Source of the DNA: Gonapodya sp. JEL0774
Lineage: Eukaryota
Assembly: GCA_027604505.1 (NCBI GenBank)
Contig: JADIIX010000110.1
Location: 1-64,000 of the forward strand
Direction: 5' to 3'
DNA length: 64,000 nt
Positions 46,950 through 59,797 of this stretch are shown here, one piece after another; within the stretch, counting starts at the first letter, position 1, and every line of letters starts with the position of its first letter. The position numbers and the translations under genes are program-made. The notes beneath the pieces were generated by a model. That model was not told where the DNA came from, did no database searches, and saw nothing but the letters and a program-made list of their open reading frames with translations.

Positions 46950-49900
46950 ATGGGGAGCAAGCACAGGACCGTCCCATCGAAAGTCACCAACAAGAAAAAG
47001 CGCAGAGCAGCCGCGAAAGTTCTCGCTAAAGCACCAATCAAAGCAATTCGACTGGCAGCCAGTGGAGGTGGAGGAAGAAGTCAGGCTCAGGCAGTCGCAG
47101 CTATTGGTGCGGCGAGAAAGAGCTCCTCTGCTTCTCGCATCTTCAAGGTTCCTTCCCAGGATAGGTTTGGCAAGAAGAGTTTCAGTTCGTCGGGAACCAA
47201 GGATGCCACGGAAGATTCGATGGACAATGACGCTCAGTCTGACCTATCCGAGGAAGATCTCGACAATCTAAAGGAGTTTGCAGGTGGAGATGGAGCGGTA
47301 GGATTTCATTTTCTTGCTGGTATTTCCGAGGAAAGCCTGTCCAAAAAGTACGTCGGTGACGATATCTCAGTTTTGACCTTCCTTTGTACTTAATCAGTAC
47401 GTTCTTCATTTAGAGATGTTGCTAACCTTACCATGAAGCGCAATCGACGGTCTGCATCTCCATCTGATGGTAGCTCTACGGCGGATTCTGACAATTTTCT
47501 TAGCGAGAGCGACGCTGAATCGGATGACAGCCTCGGAGAAGAGGGTGCATCGCATGTGAATCTGGTTCACCAGTCTGTTGAAGAAGTCTCTAATGAGGAC
47601 GAAATGGATGGAGCTTCTGAAGAGGACGAAGCGGACTCCTCGACATCTACCTCCCCACCTCGGGAAGTGGTGGACAATGTTGTCGAGACAGAAGGAGAGA
47701 AATTGCCTGCGAACTCTATTATTGGTGTCGATTCGACCAGAGTGACGAACCCCAGCTCTCATTATACGCACGCTCCGGACATTCTACTTGCTCCTGACCC
47801 AGGTACAAATTCAGAACCTCTCCCTGGCGCCAAACGGAAGCGAGGAACCACCCTTGAACGGCGTGAAGACGAAGCTGGTGTTAGTGACGATGAAGAAGGG
47901 ATTGCGGCGTATGAGAAGAAACCACGGTTGCAAGTCGACTGGTCCAAACAGCAACTTGCAACACTGCCCATCAAAACTGCTGATGGCCGAATCATTTATC
48001 AGGCTCGTCCGGACTCCAAAGCACAAGAGGGCGTGTCAGCGAGTTTCCTCACAGGCATCCCAGCAGTTCCGGTAGGGAGGCAGGACAATCCCGACAACAA
48101 CAAACACACTATTCCCAATGGTGACGAAAGTCATATTACTAAGGACAAAATAGGAAATGACATATCCTTGTTCCGTGACGAGATATCTCTGAAAGAACAC
48201 CTATCGCGTGTGGCACGGAGGATCATAGAAGACCCTGAAGCCAACGTGCGTTGTCGTGATAATTGGTTGTGTTTGACGCTACAATCCGCATTTTCTCTGG
48301 TTTGACAGATTTCAGCGTTGAAGCCTCTGCTCAAATTTCTGTCAACGCCCGCATCAAAGAAACAAGATTTTCGGCAGTCATTTGTCATAGTATCCGTTCT
48401 TGCTATCTTCATTGACATCATTCCGGGTTATCGAATTCGTGTGAGGACAGATGTTGAGAAAGGATCAGCAGGCCAAAAGCAACAAGTTAGCAAGGATGTC
48501 CGAAATCTTTGGAACTTCGAAGAATCATTGATGGAAAACTACACCACGTTCCTCAACGCATGTGATCGTTTGTTGAAAGGTGAATGTTTTTTATTAGTGC
48601 TGAGATTACCCTCCCAGCAAAGACAATTGGGAAATCAAGCCATCTGAGGGTATTTGTAGTCCTTTGGATATCCTTCTCTGCACTTAGACTTTCATCTGTT
48701 TCTAAAATTGCCTTTCTCTTTTTGTCTCTGCACACATCAATTTTGTGGATTTGTTCCAACTTCCATCATCTCAAGAATATGTGTCTAACCAGGGAAAAGA
48801 TAGAGAGTCCACAGCACTGGCCAAACTTGCACATCACACTCTTTGCACTCTTTTGACTCAACATCCACACTTCAATTTTCGTACCAACATAATATCAACT
48901 CTTGTGAGATGTATCACTCAGCCAGTGTTTGTCACACAAACTCTGCAAACATTCTCTTCCATATTTGTGACTGACCGATCGGGGCAGGCAACATTTGAAG
49001 TTGTCCAAATGCTTGGAGCACTTGTAAAAACTCGCAAGCTTCATTTGCCTGCTGGTGTTGTTCAGTTGTTATCAAAAATTCCACTACAGGAGCATTCCAA
49101 TGTGATTGAGGATCATTCAAGGGACTCTGCAGTGATGCAGAAATCTAAAAAGCACAAGAACAATCATGCCACCAGACAGGCAGAGAAACTGAGAAAGATT
49201 TCCAAGGAGATTGATGAGCAGCTTAAAGAGGCTGAAGCAACTGTGGATGCAAAACAGAAGCAGCAACTGCAGACAAAGACATTGGAAATAGTGTTTGCCA
49301 CATATCTGAGAATACTGAAGGTTTGGACTGAGCAACAAGATCGTGGGAATGTCCACTGGGGCTTTGGAGTGAGTGGCAAACATGTTATTAGTGAAGTACT
49401 TGCAGGAACTGGAAAGTGAGTGGATTTTCCTAACTACCTCTTCCTGGTGACAATGACTTTATATTTCTTGTGAAGATTAGCAAAATTTGTATCACTTGAT
49501 TTTCTTCCAAATCTGCTCAGTCTCCTGCAAAAGACTGCTGTGAATCCAATCAGATCCTGGGCTGAGAAGACAACACAAGGAATCAGTCAAGTTGAACCAA
49601 AGCAGTTTGATTCTGGTCTTCTGAAAATCTCTGTGGATGCTGCCAAGGCAGCCATGCAACTATTAAAAGACTCCTCAGACACACTCAATATAGATGTTGC
49701 AGAATATGCCCATGTACTTTATGCTGCAGTAACAGCTGTAGAATGGCTGTACAACAGGTCAGATCAGTCCAACCAAAGCCTCTTATTCTCAATTTTATCT
49801 GCTCTGGAGCTCTTGCTTACCAGTGCAAACCAGGTATGTTATTGGTTCCAAGGAGGTGCAGAAATTGTGCTTAATCTTGTTGCTCTGTGTAGTCAAATGT

Positions 49901-50472
49901 TCATGCTGCTGCATTCTCAAAAAGGCTTCTGACCTTTGCATTAAGTTTCCATAGTCCCAATTATGTTCTTGCTGTTGTGGCATTTGTGCAGGACATTTTA
50001 CTGGTAATCTTGGATATTGCATCCAGGTATTTTAAAATTGCAGTGCTTTGACATTTTGTCTCAATAGCGAAATCCTCAATCACAACAACTTCTTGACCCA
50101 TCTGCAAGACGTGGTGGAAATATGTACAATGCATTTGTGGATGATCCAGATCTCTCTTACCCTTTTTGTTCTTCATTGTACGAAATTGGTGTCCTCTTGC
50201 AACATGTGCACACAAAGATTGGTGACCTTGCCCTTTCGGGGTTCACACAAATTGCTACCAAGGAGCAAATGAGTAGGAGAATGCAAAAACTTAAATGGAA
50301 AGATTTCTTCAAGGAAGAGGAACATGTCTGGGTCCTGAAGGAGGAGTCCAATCTCAGGAGGCCACACCAAAATAGAAGCCTCCCACCATCTTGCCATATG
50401 GGGAGTTCTTTGAGTGATATTGCTCATCAGGCAAACTTCTGGCTTGATATATGCAGTACTGATAAAGCATGA
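46950..50472 (+). CDS. NOC3: Nucleolar complex-associated protein 3 (multi-exon)
   Basis: Basic/acidic N-terminus, LPIKTADG, IIEDPE, FIDIIPGYRIR, HPHFNFRTNI, EIDEQLKEAEATVD, FATYLRILK, AAFSKRL, DDPDLS...SLYE. Confidence 0.85.
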
Positions 50473-52615
50473 CTGGGAGGGATCCTAATATATAGTACAC
50501 ACATTCCTTGTCAACTCCTTCATCAAAGTGTGGACAAGTACAAGCAAAGTCTATGGTGAGAGCTGCAAAAAGGCAGAGAGAACTGAACTGGGGAAAAAAA
50601 GCAAATATCAGGTGGAAGTCCAGGATAGGTTCTGTGATGTGGGAGCAGCAAGTGGTGTTGGATACATATTGTTGTGTGCATGTGTGTGTCATGTGTTGTA
50701 TATATTTGTATGATAACTCACTGCACATAGATGAGTGTGCCAGCTGTATATTATATTGAGTTCCACACAAGGAAGGGCACGTGTTTTCTGACAGGTTATG
50801 AGCCTGGAGTAATAAGGATTACTCCAATTGGAATACTGGAACAAACTATTGAATCACTTGATGTGATTTCCCCTGATTTCCCTCTTGCTGCAAATCCTTC
50901 TCAAACACTGGCATTGGTGCCACAGAAAACCACCTACACTCTTTATGTGTGAGCGTATGTTGAGAGAGGATCCTCCATATTCTCGCAACTGCCTTCCCCA
51001 CCAGCTAGGTCCGCATCTGAAAACTCCTCTGGACCCTGGTCATGCTGAGATGCACATACCCATCCCCATTCATCTCGCTGCCCATGGATGATTAGAACAC
51101 ATGGCTCCCCACCCTGAACACTCTCCAAAGGGTACTCTGCATCTGACTCTCCCCTGCGGAAACACTGAACCACGACAGCAAAGACAACTACTCAGAACTG
51201 GAGTACCACAATGACTGGCGCCAGGTCCAAGATTTTGAAGATTGATGGTCAACTGGGGGGCGGGGGCGGGGGGGGGGGGCGGGGGGGGGCGCGCGGGCGC
51301 GGGGGGGGGGGGGGGGGGGGGCGGGCGGCGCGGGGGTATATTTGATGGGGATGGTNNNNNNNNNNCCTGCCGACCACACTCCACACCCCAAAGGCACTCC
51401 CCCGCAATGCGCCTTTGCTCCGGCACACCTGCTCCACACCCGCCAAAACCCTGCCCCAAGAAACCAGCCCCCCTCTCTATGCTCACTGCACACCATTACC
51501 AAGAGAACCTTCCCCTCCCCCCCCAGCAACTGCTGTCCAACCAACTACCCTCTACCCCCTCTCCAACCATTGTCTATCTGCTCAGCACCACAACGTACTC
51601 ACCAACCCCCACACAACCCTTGCACACCATACCCCTCCCCTCCCACCAGACGCCCCTCCACGGACCCTTCCTCCCCCCAAACAAACCTCCTTCCACCACT
51701 CCCCTTTGCTTACTTCCATCCCCAACCACCGCTCCCACACCTCCTTGATCCTGACACAACCCAAGTGGAGGCACATATTACAAAGGCACAATTGGCAGCC
51801 CTGGATGAGTAACAAAGAGAAAGGAACAGATCTGGGAGGAAAGAAAACGGAACAAGGAGGCAGACACCTGCCGAGCAAGGTCATAGTGGAGCAGCAATGG
51901 GCCTGGACAAAGGTGTAAGAGGCACTCAGGAAGAAGATCACCATTGCAGAGCTCACCACGACAGGCGCAGTGGTGCAAGGTGTGATTTTTCTCTGGCTTG
52001 ACTCCCTTACTGCATCAGCCAACCCCCAGCCTCCTCCTTACTGAGTCCCCCCACCATCACCACTACTTGCCCCTATCAGGAACACATGCCTGCTCTGCCG
52101 TCACCCCAATCAAAGTGGACAACTCCTGATCTTCCCCCCTCAGGGAACCTGCCTCCCATATCCCCCTCCGTGCCAAGCCCCCATTTGGACACAGAAGGCC
52201 GCAGTACCATGGCCGTTGACCCCAACACCTCAGTGCCCTCCCTGTTTGAACGAGACATTGGAGGCACCTCCTGAAGTGAGTAGCCTTGGTCCCCCCTGAA
52301 CGCACACTTGAGAGCTTGCCACACTGGTTGGAACTCAAAGCACTGGAAAATGCGGTCCTGCTCTACATCTATGACATTCTCAGGAACATCATGATCAGCG
52401 TGAATGTGGACTACATTAACCACATCCTTTCCAAATCCTCCCTCCCCTCCTCCCCACTCAGCGCAGCCCCAGCCCTGACAAGCACCCAACTGCATGTACC
52501 TGAGCCGCACTCAGCCTCCCCAACCCCACAGACATGGAGGAAGTGGACTTTGAGGTCAACAAAAACATGCTGGAGGCATCCACAACAGCGACCCTTCACA
52601 GCCGGACCTGGGTGT

Positions 52616-52770
52616 GGCTGAGGACGTGTCCCGTGCACCTGTGTGCAGGCTTCTGACCACCTCTCCCTCACTATCGTTGCAGGTGGGATCCGCTGGGTCA
52701 GGGAGTTGGGGTGGATCTGACCTCTCCCTCACTATTGTCGCAGAGCGGATAGTGCGGGGTTTTTTGTTTC
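52616..52770 (+). repeat. Ngaro split direct repeat A1 (partner A2 at ~57131-57256)
   Basis: Shared GGCTGAGGAC...GCAGGCTT...TCACTATCGTTGC.GGTGGGATC...GGATCTGACCTCTCCCTCACTATTGTCGCAGAG.GGAT. Confidence 0.85.
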
Positions 52771-55700
52771 AGATCACCTCTCATGTTCTTCTTCCCCTTC
52801 CACCCATCTCTTCTCCCTCTCAGCACGGGGCTCGTTTTTTCTTCTCTATACCACCCAACACTGCTTTCTCATGCCCAACCTTCCTCACTTCCCCCTTTTC
52901 ACAGCTACTTCCGGCTCGAATCTCCCCCCTGCCAATGTCTCTGCACTCCCCTTCCAAACAACTTCTCCACCTCATACTACAGTGTCTAGACCAGGCCAAC
53001 ATGACCCACCAATCCTCAGAGATGTCTCGGCTTGCAACGGCTGTGCAGCAAGCTGAGCAGGAGCAGGTCCGTGATACACAGATTGCCACTCAAACCGCAT
53101 GGATCGACGCCCTCCAGGTGCAAGTTGAGATCCTTCTGAGCCTTCAGTTGCTGTCTCGCGACTCCGCGCCCCTGGTCCCTGGGGCGATCCCTCCTGCCTG
53201 TCCCAACCTTCTCTGCACATTTGATGATGTTCCCCTGGATTCCTTCTCTACCAATCCGGGCTCTTCTGATGCCGCCTCTGTGCCTTCTGGAACTTTGTGC
53301 ACCGCCAATCTGGCTCGGGACATTAACACAGCTGCTGTGGAGGTGCCGATCCATTGGGATGTGCCTTCTACTTCTGATACCACCCTGTTGGGTGGCCCAC
53401 AAATTGGTGAGTCGCTGACCTTTGCAGAGATCATGGATCAGCTCCCTCAATACCTTTGGAGCTTGCCGTATGTTCCAGATCCAATCCCGGCGGGGCCGTA
53501 CAAATGGGCAGATTGGGGAGATCTGAAAGACTTCTCTGTGGGCGCTGAGCTTGAAATCATTTTGTGTTGTGATCTTGACTTGGGTAATATCTCAGGGCCC
53601 TGTGCATCCATTATCAAGCACAGATCCCTGCAGTCGCTCTGGGTGGCCTCCAGCAACCTCATCTGCTCCCATAGTTCCTGTGGTGTCCCTTGAGGAGGTC
53701 AGCAGTCCTACTTGATCTGTCTCCAGCAGCTGCAGATGCACTACAGAATCAGATGGCAACAAATTGTCGTTCTTGACAATGATCTCCAGGCTGCCCAGCA
53801 CATTGCCGGCTTTGCCTTTCATGATCACCAAATCTGGACATCATTCGCTACTCTCCTCGTTGACACTCACAACAGTGCTCTATGGTCTGGGAGAGACATC
53901 GACAAGGCCAAGAAGCCTTCATATTGTCACAAGTACAATAGCGTGAATGGTTGCACAGTCGCCAACTGTAAGTGTCCTCACGTTTGCCGCAACTGTCGGG
54001 ATGGACACCCTGCTTCTGCATGTCCCGCCGCCACCCCTGGGGCCCCTCTGGGTGATCTTGTCGCTGGTGATGGGGCCCCTGTCACCGGTCTCCCTGCCAC
54101 TCAGCGCCCCACGAGGAGGAATCGGGGGCAGTGGCCTTCCTCCTGGGGTCTGCGCAGGGGCGTTTTGCCCATCTGGTGAGATTCCGCGTGAGCTGCTGCA
54201 TACTGGGGACTCTTTGAATTTGAACAGTTCGAATTTTGAGCTGAGTTGTTTGGATCGTCGTTTATTGTCCGCAGGAGAGATTGCAGATGTTGATTACGTT
54301 TGGGATGGGGTTTGATTTGGTTTTTGCACATTTGATTTTGGTATGGAAGAGCCATGCCCGCAGTTTGCTTTTGAAACAGATAACTTTGGTTTGACAGGAC
54401 CGGGCGGTGCGGCGTTGAAGGTGGCATTTGAGCAGGATATCGATAGTCAAGGACACATCAAAAGGTACATTCCGCATCATCACAGATTGCAGTAAGCCAG
54501 AGGGGCTAGCCCCCAACACTCGGTGTGTGGAAGCAGCAGTTGCCTATGAGAGGCACGACGTCTTGCGTCATGCTATTTTCGAGGCCGGTTGCAGCTGCCT
54601 CATTTCTGTTCGGGACATTTCAGCTGCTTACTGTCATGTTCACATTCACCCGGATGAGTACCTGTATTATTTCATTTTTCACCCTTCTTTTGGTTACTAT
54701 GTGGACCCTCGCTTGTCGTTTGGTATTTGCAAGGCATGCTTCACTTTTTCGGCAATTGGGAGGGTTATTTGGTTGATTTTGCGTTTGAACTACAGCGTTA
54801 CTTGGACTTTCATCTACTTGGATGATTTCCTTAATGTCCATTGTTCCCGTCCCTCTGCCTTGGCGGAGTTCCATATCCTTGGCGAGACTTTAGCTTTGCT
54901 CGGCTTGCCTCCTAACATCCCAAGGACCAACCTCCGAGCACTCAGGCACAGATCCTTGGTTTTGTCTACGACACTGCAGCACGGACCATCACACTCCTGG
55001 CTGGTTGTCACTCCCTTGTTCTCGATCTTCTCCACACCACTCTTGCTTAGTCCAAGGTGACTTGGCAACACCTCGAGCGTCTGCTTGGGTACCTTTCGCA
55101 TATCTCTGACATTGTCTACAGTGGCCACACCTTTGTTCAGCGCTTCATTGACCTCGCCACCAGTCTGCGCCGCCTGTTCCATGAAGTTCGCCTCACTGTG
55201 GACACTCGACGGGACCTCCAGTGGTGGATCAATTACTTGCCAGGTTCTCAGGGTGCCTGACCATTGTACAATCTTTCTCGCCCCTGGGCGGCAGGTGTGT
55301 TGCAGAGAGACACTGCTACGTCAGCTGGCTTTGGCTGGGTATAGCCCAAGTCATCTGGCAGTTCTCTGGACTCAAGTGGGACCCAATGGCTGAGGGGAAT
55401 TCACAACTCGGGATCCTCTCAACTTCACACGGTTGCCTCCCCCACGCCTCCCCATAGGGGTGAGGTATCTGGGTACTTATGTGCATGCAATTCAGTCACT
55501 GACTCTCTGCCTCCCTCTGTCCCTCTTTCTCCTATGATTGTCTGGCGTGGCAAGTACACGGGCCGGTGCACAGCTGACTTCCACTCTGGCTGGTTTCATG
55601 CTTACCTGGATGGAGCAAACATCAACATTCTCGAGTTGGTTTGTATCCATTTGGCAATCTCCGATCTGGTCCCCTCTCTCGCTGGAATGTGGATCTGGGT

Positions 55701-56976
55701 GCAAACAGATTTGGGAGTTGCACAGGCGTGGATCAACACAGGCATAGCACAGAGTGACCCTCATGCAATGGACCTTTTGCGCAATCTCTTCTACTTATCT
55801 GCCTGATACAGTTTCCATGTCTCCGCTGTGCATCTTGCGGGCGGATAACTCCCTGGCGGTTCTCAGAGTTTGCTGACTGTTGGTTTACTGCTTCCCCATT
55901 CCCTTTGTCCCTCAACCCAGCAGCCGAGTTTGGTGACGAGTCTGCCTTCTTTGCGACCTCCACAGCATCCTCATAGAAGACGCATCTCCACTCCTACATG
56001 CAGTTTTTTGTCCACTTTGCCATTCTCCCCGCCCTTCCAGCCCCTCTCCTTGCTGTCTGGTTGTGGGTCTTGCTCCTCTCTTGTTCTGTCAAGCCCACGT
56101 CAATCCATGAATACGTTGGCAGGCTCAAGGCGTTTCACCTGCGCCATTGCCTGCCTGCCCCCTGGGTCGGGGACTGGCAGCTTGCTCACTTCCTGAAGGC
56201 AAACCACCCAAGCATGCCGCTGTCCTCTCCATCTCCAAAGACTCCCATCTTCTTGCTGGCCTTGATCGCTCACAACTCGCTGACTCCGTCCTGTGGCCTC
56301 TATCGCAAGTCCAATCTTGGCGTCAAGTCCGCCAATCTCCAGTGGCAGGCTCTCAACTGGGATGACCTGTGGCTCTCACCCGATAGCTGCGTCCTCTGGT
56401 GCCATGTGTGTGGATCCAAGACTCTCCAGGACTGCTCCTGGGTCATCACTCATCTGCTGGTTGTGATCCCTGGCACACTCATTGATCCAGCCTGTGCCTA
56501 TTTGCACGTTTGTTCCTTCTCCTCTGCAGAGTCCGCTTTGCCTGTCACCTATCACTGGCTCGAGTCCTCCCTTTGTGCCGTTGTCACCCGCACCCGTGTG
56601 GCCCCGTCCTCCGGCATCTCCACCTGGCATAGCTTCCATGCCTTGAGGGCTTCTTTTGCTGTCTGTGTTGGGATGCCTGACAGCTGGATTCAGATTGTTG
56701 GAGATTGGAAATCCAATGTGTTTTTGGTCTACCTCTGGCTCTCCGATCAAGACAAGTTGGCGGAGGTGGAAAGGTTTGCCGCCCAGGCCAGGGGCGCTGG
56801 GGGCAAGTGCGTTGTAGTGCTGGTGGTTTGGGAGAGTGGGTGCTTGGGATGTGGCGCGGAGTGAGATGATGTTGGCGTCTGTGTGTGTGTTTACCTTCGT
56901 GGTACTGGTGTTCTTTCTTTCTTTTCTCTTTTCCCCTCTGTCTCCCCTGTTCTCTCCCTCTCTTAGTGGTGCCCTT

Positions 56977-57430
56977 GGTGACGGGAGGAGCTGGGGGACT
57001 ACCCTCGCCCTCCTGCCCGGTTTTAGCCAGCCTTGTGTTGTATCCCAGTGGCGTTTCCCACTGTTCCCTCCTCCTCTCTCGTGGACCGTGCACTAGGGCG
57101 TGTCTTGGAGCCATGGCCAGACCCAGAGGCGGCTGAGGACAGGCCCTGGGCAGGCTTGTCCCCACCTTTCCGTCACTATCGTTGCGGGTGGGATCTGACC
57201 TCTCCCTCACTATTGTCGCAGAGTGGATTGGGTGCCCTCGTGGGTTTTTGTTTTTCTCTGATGATACAATGGCGGCGTGAGGGGCTCAGGGATTACCTTT
57301 GCCCTCCTGCCTGGTTTCAGCCAGTCTTGTCCCCCTCCATCAGCATTGCGTTGTGTCCCAGTGGCGTTTCCCCACTGTTCCCTCCTCCTCTCTAGCGGCT
57401 TGCAGACTGTACACTAGGGCCTGTCTGACC
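56977..57430 (+). repeat. Ngaro 3' repeats B1 (~56977-57105), A2 (~57131-57256), B2 (~57271-57426)
   Basis: B copies share GCCCTCCTGCC.GGTTT.AGCCAG.CTTGT and CCCAGTGGCGTTTCCC(C)ACTGTTCCCTCCTCCTCTCT...CACTAGGGC.TGTCT. Confidence 0.85.
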
Positions 57431-57689
57431 CTTTTTGGTGCTGTCTCTGGATCGAGAACATGGTCGTCCTCCCAAACTGTAGTGGGGCTGTCACTACGTA
57501 TCAGTCTCAGCCCTGCATGATGGGATGGTGGCCTAGTGATAGGCCTAGAGTGTGGGATGATGTGAAGTGTGATCTAGATGTGCCTTATATACATGTGGAG
57601 GCTGTGGTCATGTGCAAGGTGTCAATACCACAACAGTAGTCTCCTGGCCTGTCCACAAAAGTCGAATTCCGCAAGCAATTGCTCAGTGA

Positions 57690-58221
57690 CTCCCAACACT
57701 CCTGCTCTTCCCATCGAGATACTCCACTGTATTTTCTCGTTCCTCCATCCTGCAAACATATTCAAAGCAGGGGGTGTCTGTAGTGCCTGGCGTGATGCTG
57801 CAAAGACAAAGTACGTTTGTGAAGCCGCATGTGTGGAACCCCTCAATTCCTTGAAAGCCAGCTGTTCAACGTTGAGAGACTTGACAGTGCAGCTTATTTT
57901 CCTGGATGCAAATCTGTTGACAAGTCAGCATGTTGTCAGGAACAGGGAGACAGGAAAAAATGGACATTAGGGTGTGGTGGAGGCTGAATCGGAATGGCTT
58001 GGTGATACAGTTGCGATGAGGGAATGCATACCTCAGCTCAAGAAATTGTTCACTACAGGCCTCTGCGGAACCCAGCATCGGACAATCTCGCGTCACCACA
58101 GCATCAACCCAATGTTAAAGATGTCATGGAGGAATTTCATCAGTTCACTGATCATGAAAAAGACTGCTCATTGTTGACATGGCATCACTACAAAGTGCAA
58201 GGATTTGCGGCAGTGTACTAA
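57690..58221 (+). pseudogene. F-box protein fragment, probably decayed
   Basis: ALPIEILHCIFSFL....IFKAGGVCSAWRDAA F-box motif; downstream frame broken; lies in the CpG-depleted block. Confidence 0.55.
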
Positions 58222-58879
58222 AATTCCCCGCAACCTGGTGAGACGGGCTGAGAATTTGTGAGGGTTGGGGCAATTGGGAATGTGCAGACAACAATGCCAT
58301 ATGGAGATACTCAGAGGACAAACGAGTCACGCGGAAAATGTGGTGTGATGCTGTTGGTTACTGATTATGGGATTCTTTCAATAAAATCAAAAGTTACTCG
58401 TTGCTTCCATTGCCTCTTGCTGTGATTGGAATGAGCGAGGGAGGCTGCGAGTTTTGCGCAAGGAGCAGAGACACTAGGGAGGTTGCGCACCGCATCTAGT
58501 AATTGTAATTTGCGAAGTGAAAAACAAAATAGCCGAGTGACCTTGCGCACTCAACCCCGCTCCCAACTTAACCAACCACTTTCATGGACAGGGACACCTC
58601 TGACTCCGACGATTCCTTTGCATTCGTTAGCATCGGACTGGAGAGGATCAGGAGAAGGCGCCGATTGTTGCTTGCGGCAAGTCCGCGTCTGCCAGAGCGA
58701 CTGGCGTTCCCTGCAGCACTTTCAGATGCAGACTGTCTTCATTGTTCTAGGTGAGTTGCGACTGCCATCCATAGCTCAGGACTGTGGACGTATTGATTTC
58801 TCACACCAATTACTAGGTTCAAAAAAGCCAACCTATTTCATCTCAAAGTGGCACTCGGGATTCCCAGAACCATCATCCT

Positions 58880-59774
58880 AGAAAACCAACTTGAATTTCT
58901 TGGAATTGAGGCACTCTGTGTGCTGCTTTGACGTTTTACCTTCCCAAATTGCCTTGCCGACATTGCCCTCACCTTTGGACGCTCTGCAGACAAACTCTCC
59001 CGCATTGTCTCTTATCTTGCAGATGAAATCACACGCAAATCAAAGAAAATTTTGACTTGGGATGCTGAGCGCTGACTCTGGTGCTGCTAAAGCAGTTTTG
59101 CCAGGCCATCCACACTGCTCGGTCGCTGCTTCAAACAGTCTTAGGATTCATCAACAGAACAGAGCGTCAAATAGCGCGACCAACACACCATCAGAGGAAG
59201 TTTTACAGTGGACATAAAGTCAGCATTTGCTGAAGTTTCAAGGAGTGGTCACCCTGGATGGCATTGTCATACATTGATGCAGACCTTTCCTGGGCCCGGA
59301 TCATGACATCACGATTTATAGGCTGAGTGGACTCAATGATATACTTGCACAGCGCGATGAGTGGATGGTTGAGTACAGTTACCTTGTCTACTCTCAAAGT
59401 TTTTCCAGTGGACAGCTTTTGGGCCAAACTACGAGCCATACCAAATCTAAGGAGACCCGGCCTACTTCCCTGGCAACAGCCATCTCGTCGGACCCTGGAA
59501 GCTGCCGCACTTGACACCAGAGTAGCAGCAGTATAACACGCCAAACAGTGCAGTGAGGGTGTCAATTGAGTGGGCATGGGACAAGCCAGCAACGCTTTTT
59601 GCGTTTTTGAATGACTATTGGACCCTGAAAGTGAAGCTATCACCAGTAGCGTCTTATTATCGTGTAGGCATTTTCTTGGCTAATGTTCATACATGTTTTC
59701 ATGGGTGCAAAACTAGTGAGAAGTTTGGGGTCAATCCCCCCTCAATTGAGACCTATTTGCAAGCATATATGTAA
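58880..59774 (+). pseudogene. Decayed PIF/Harbinger-type (DDE_Tnp_4) transposase
   Basis: EALCVLL*RFTFP, LGFINRTERQIARP..HQRKFYSGHK, LKFQGVVTLDG, RVSIEWAW, YYRVGIFLANVHTCFHG...FGVNPPSIETYL, with stops and frameshifts. Confidence 0.8.
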
Positions 59775-59797
59775 CAACTTTATATTGAAATACAATG

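Larger units (their letters stand above)
52616..57430 (+). mobile_element. Degenerate Ngaro-type (DIRS order) tyrosine-recombinase retrotransposon
   Basis: Gag Cys/His finger CHKYNSVNGCTVANCKCPHVCRNCRDGHPASAC; RT fragments FRIITDCS, DISAAY, LSFG, YLDDFL; RNase H INILEL...QTD; recombinase RKSNL...HSF...GDWKSNVFLVY; stops and frameshifts; split direct repeats A1..B1-A2-B2. Confidence 0.9.

Noticed and set aside
57250..57300. CTGATGA near the Ngaro 3' repeats as a possible hammerhead ribozyme
   Set aside because: No downstream GAAA or supporting stems.
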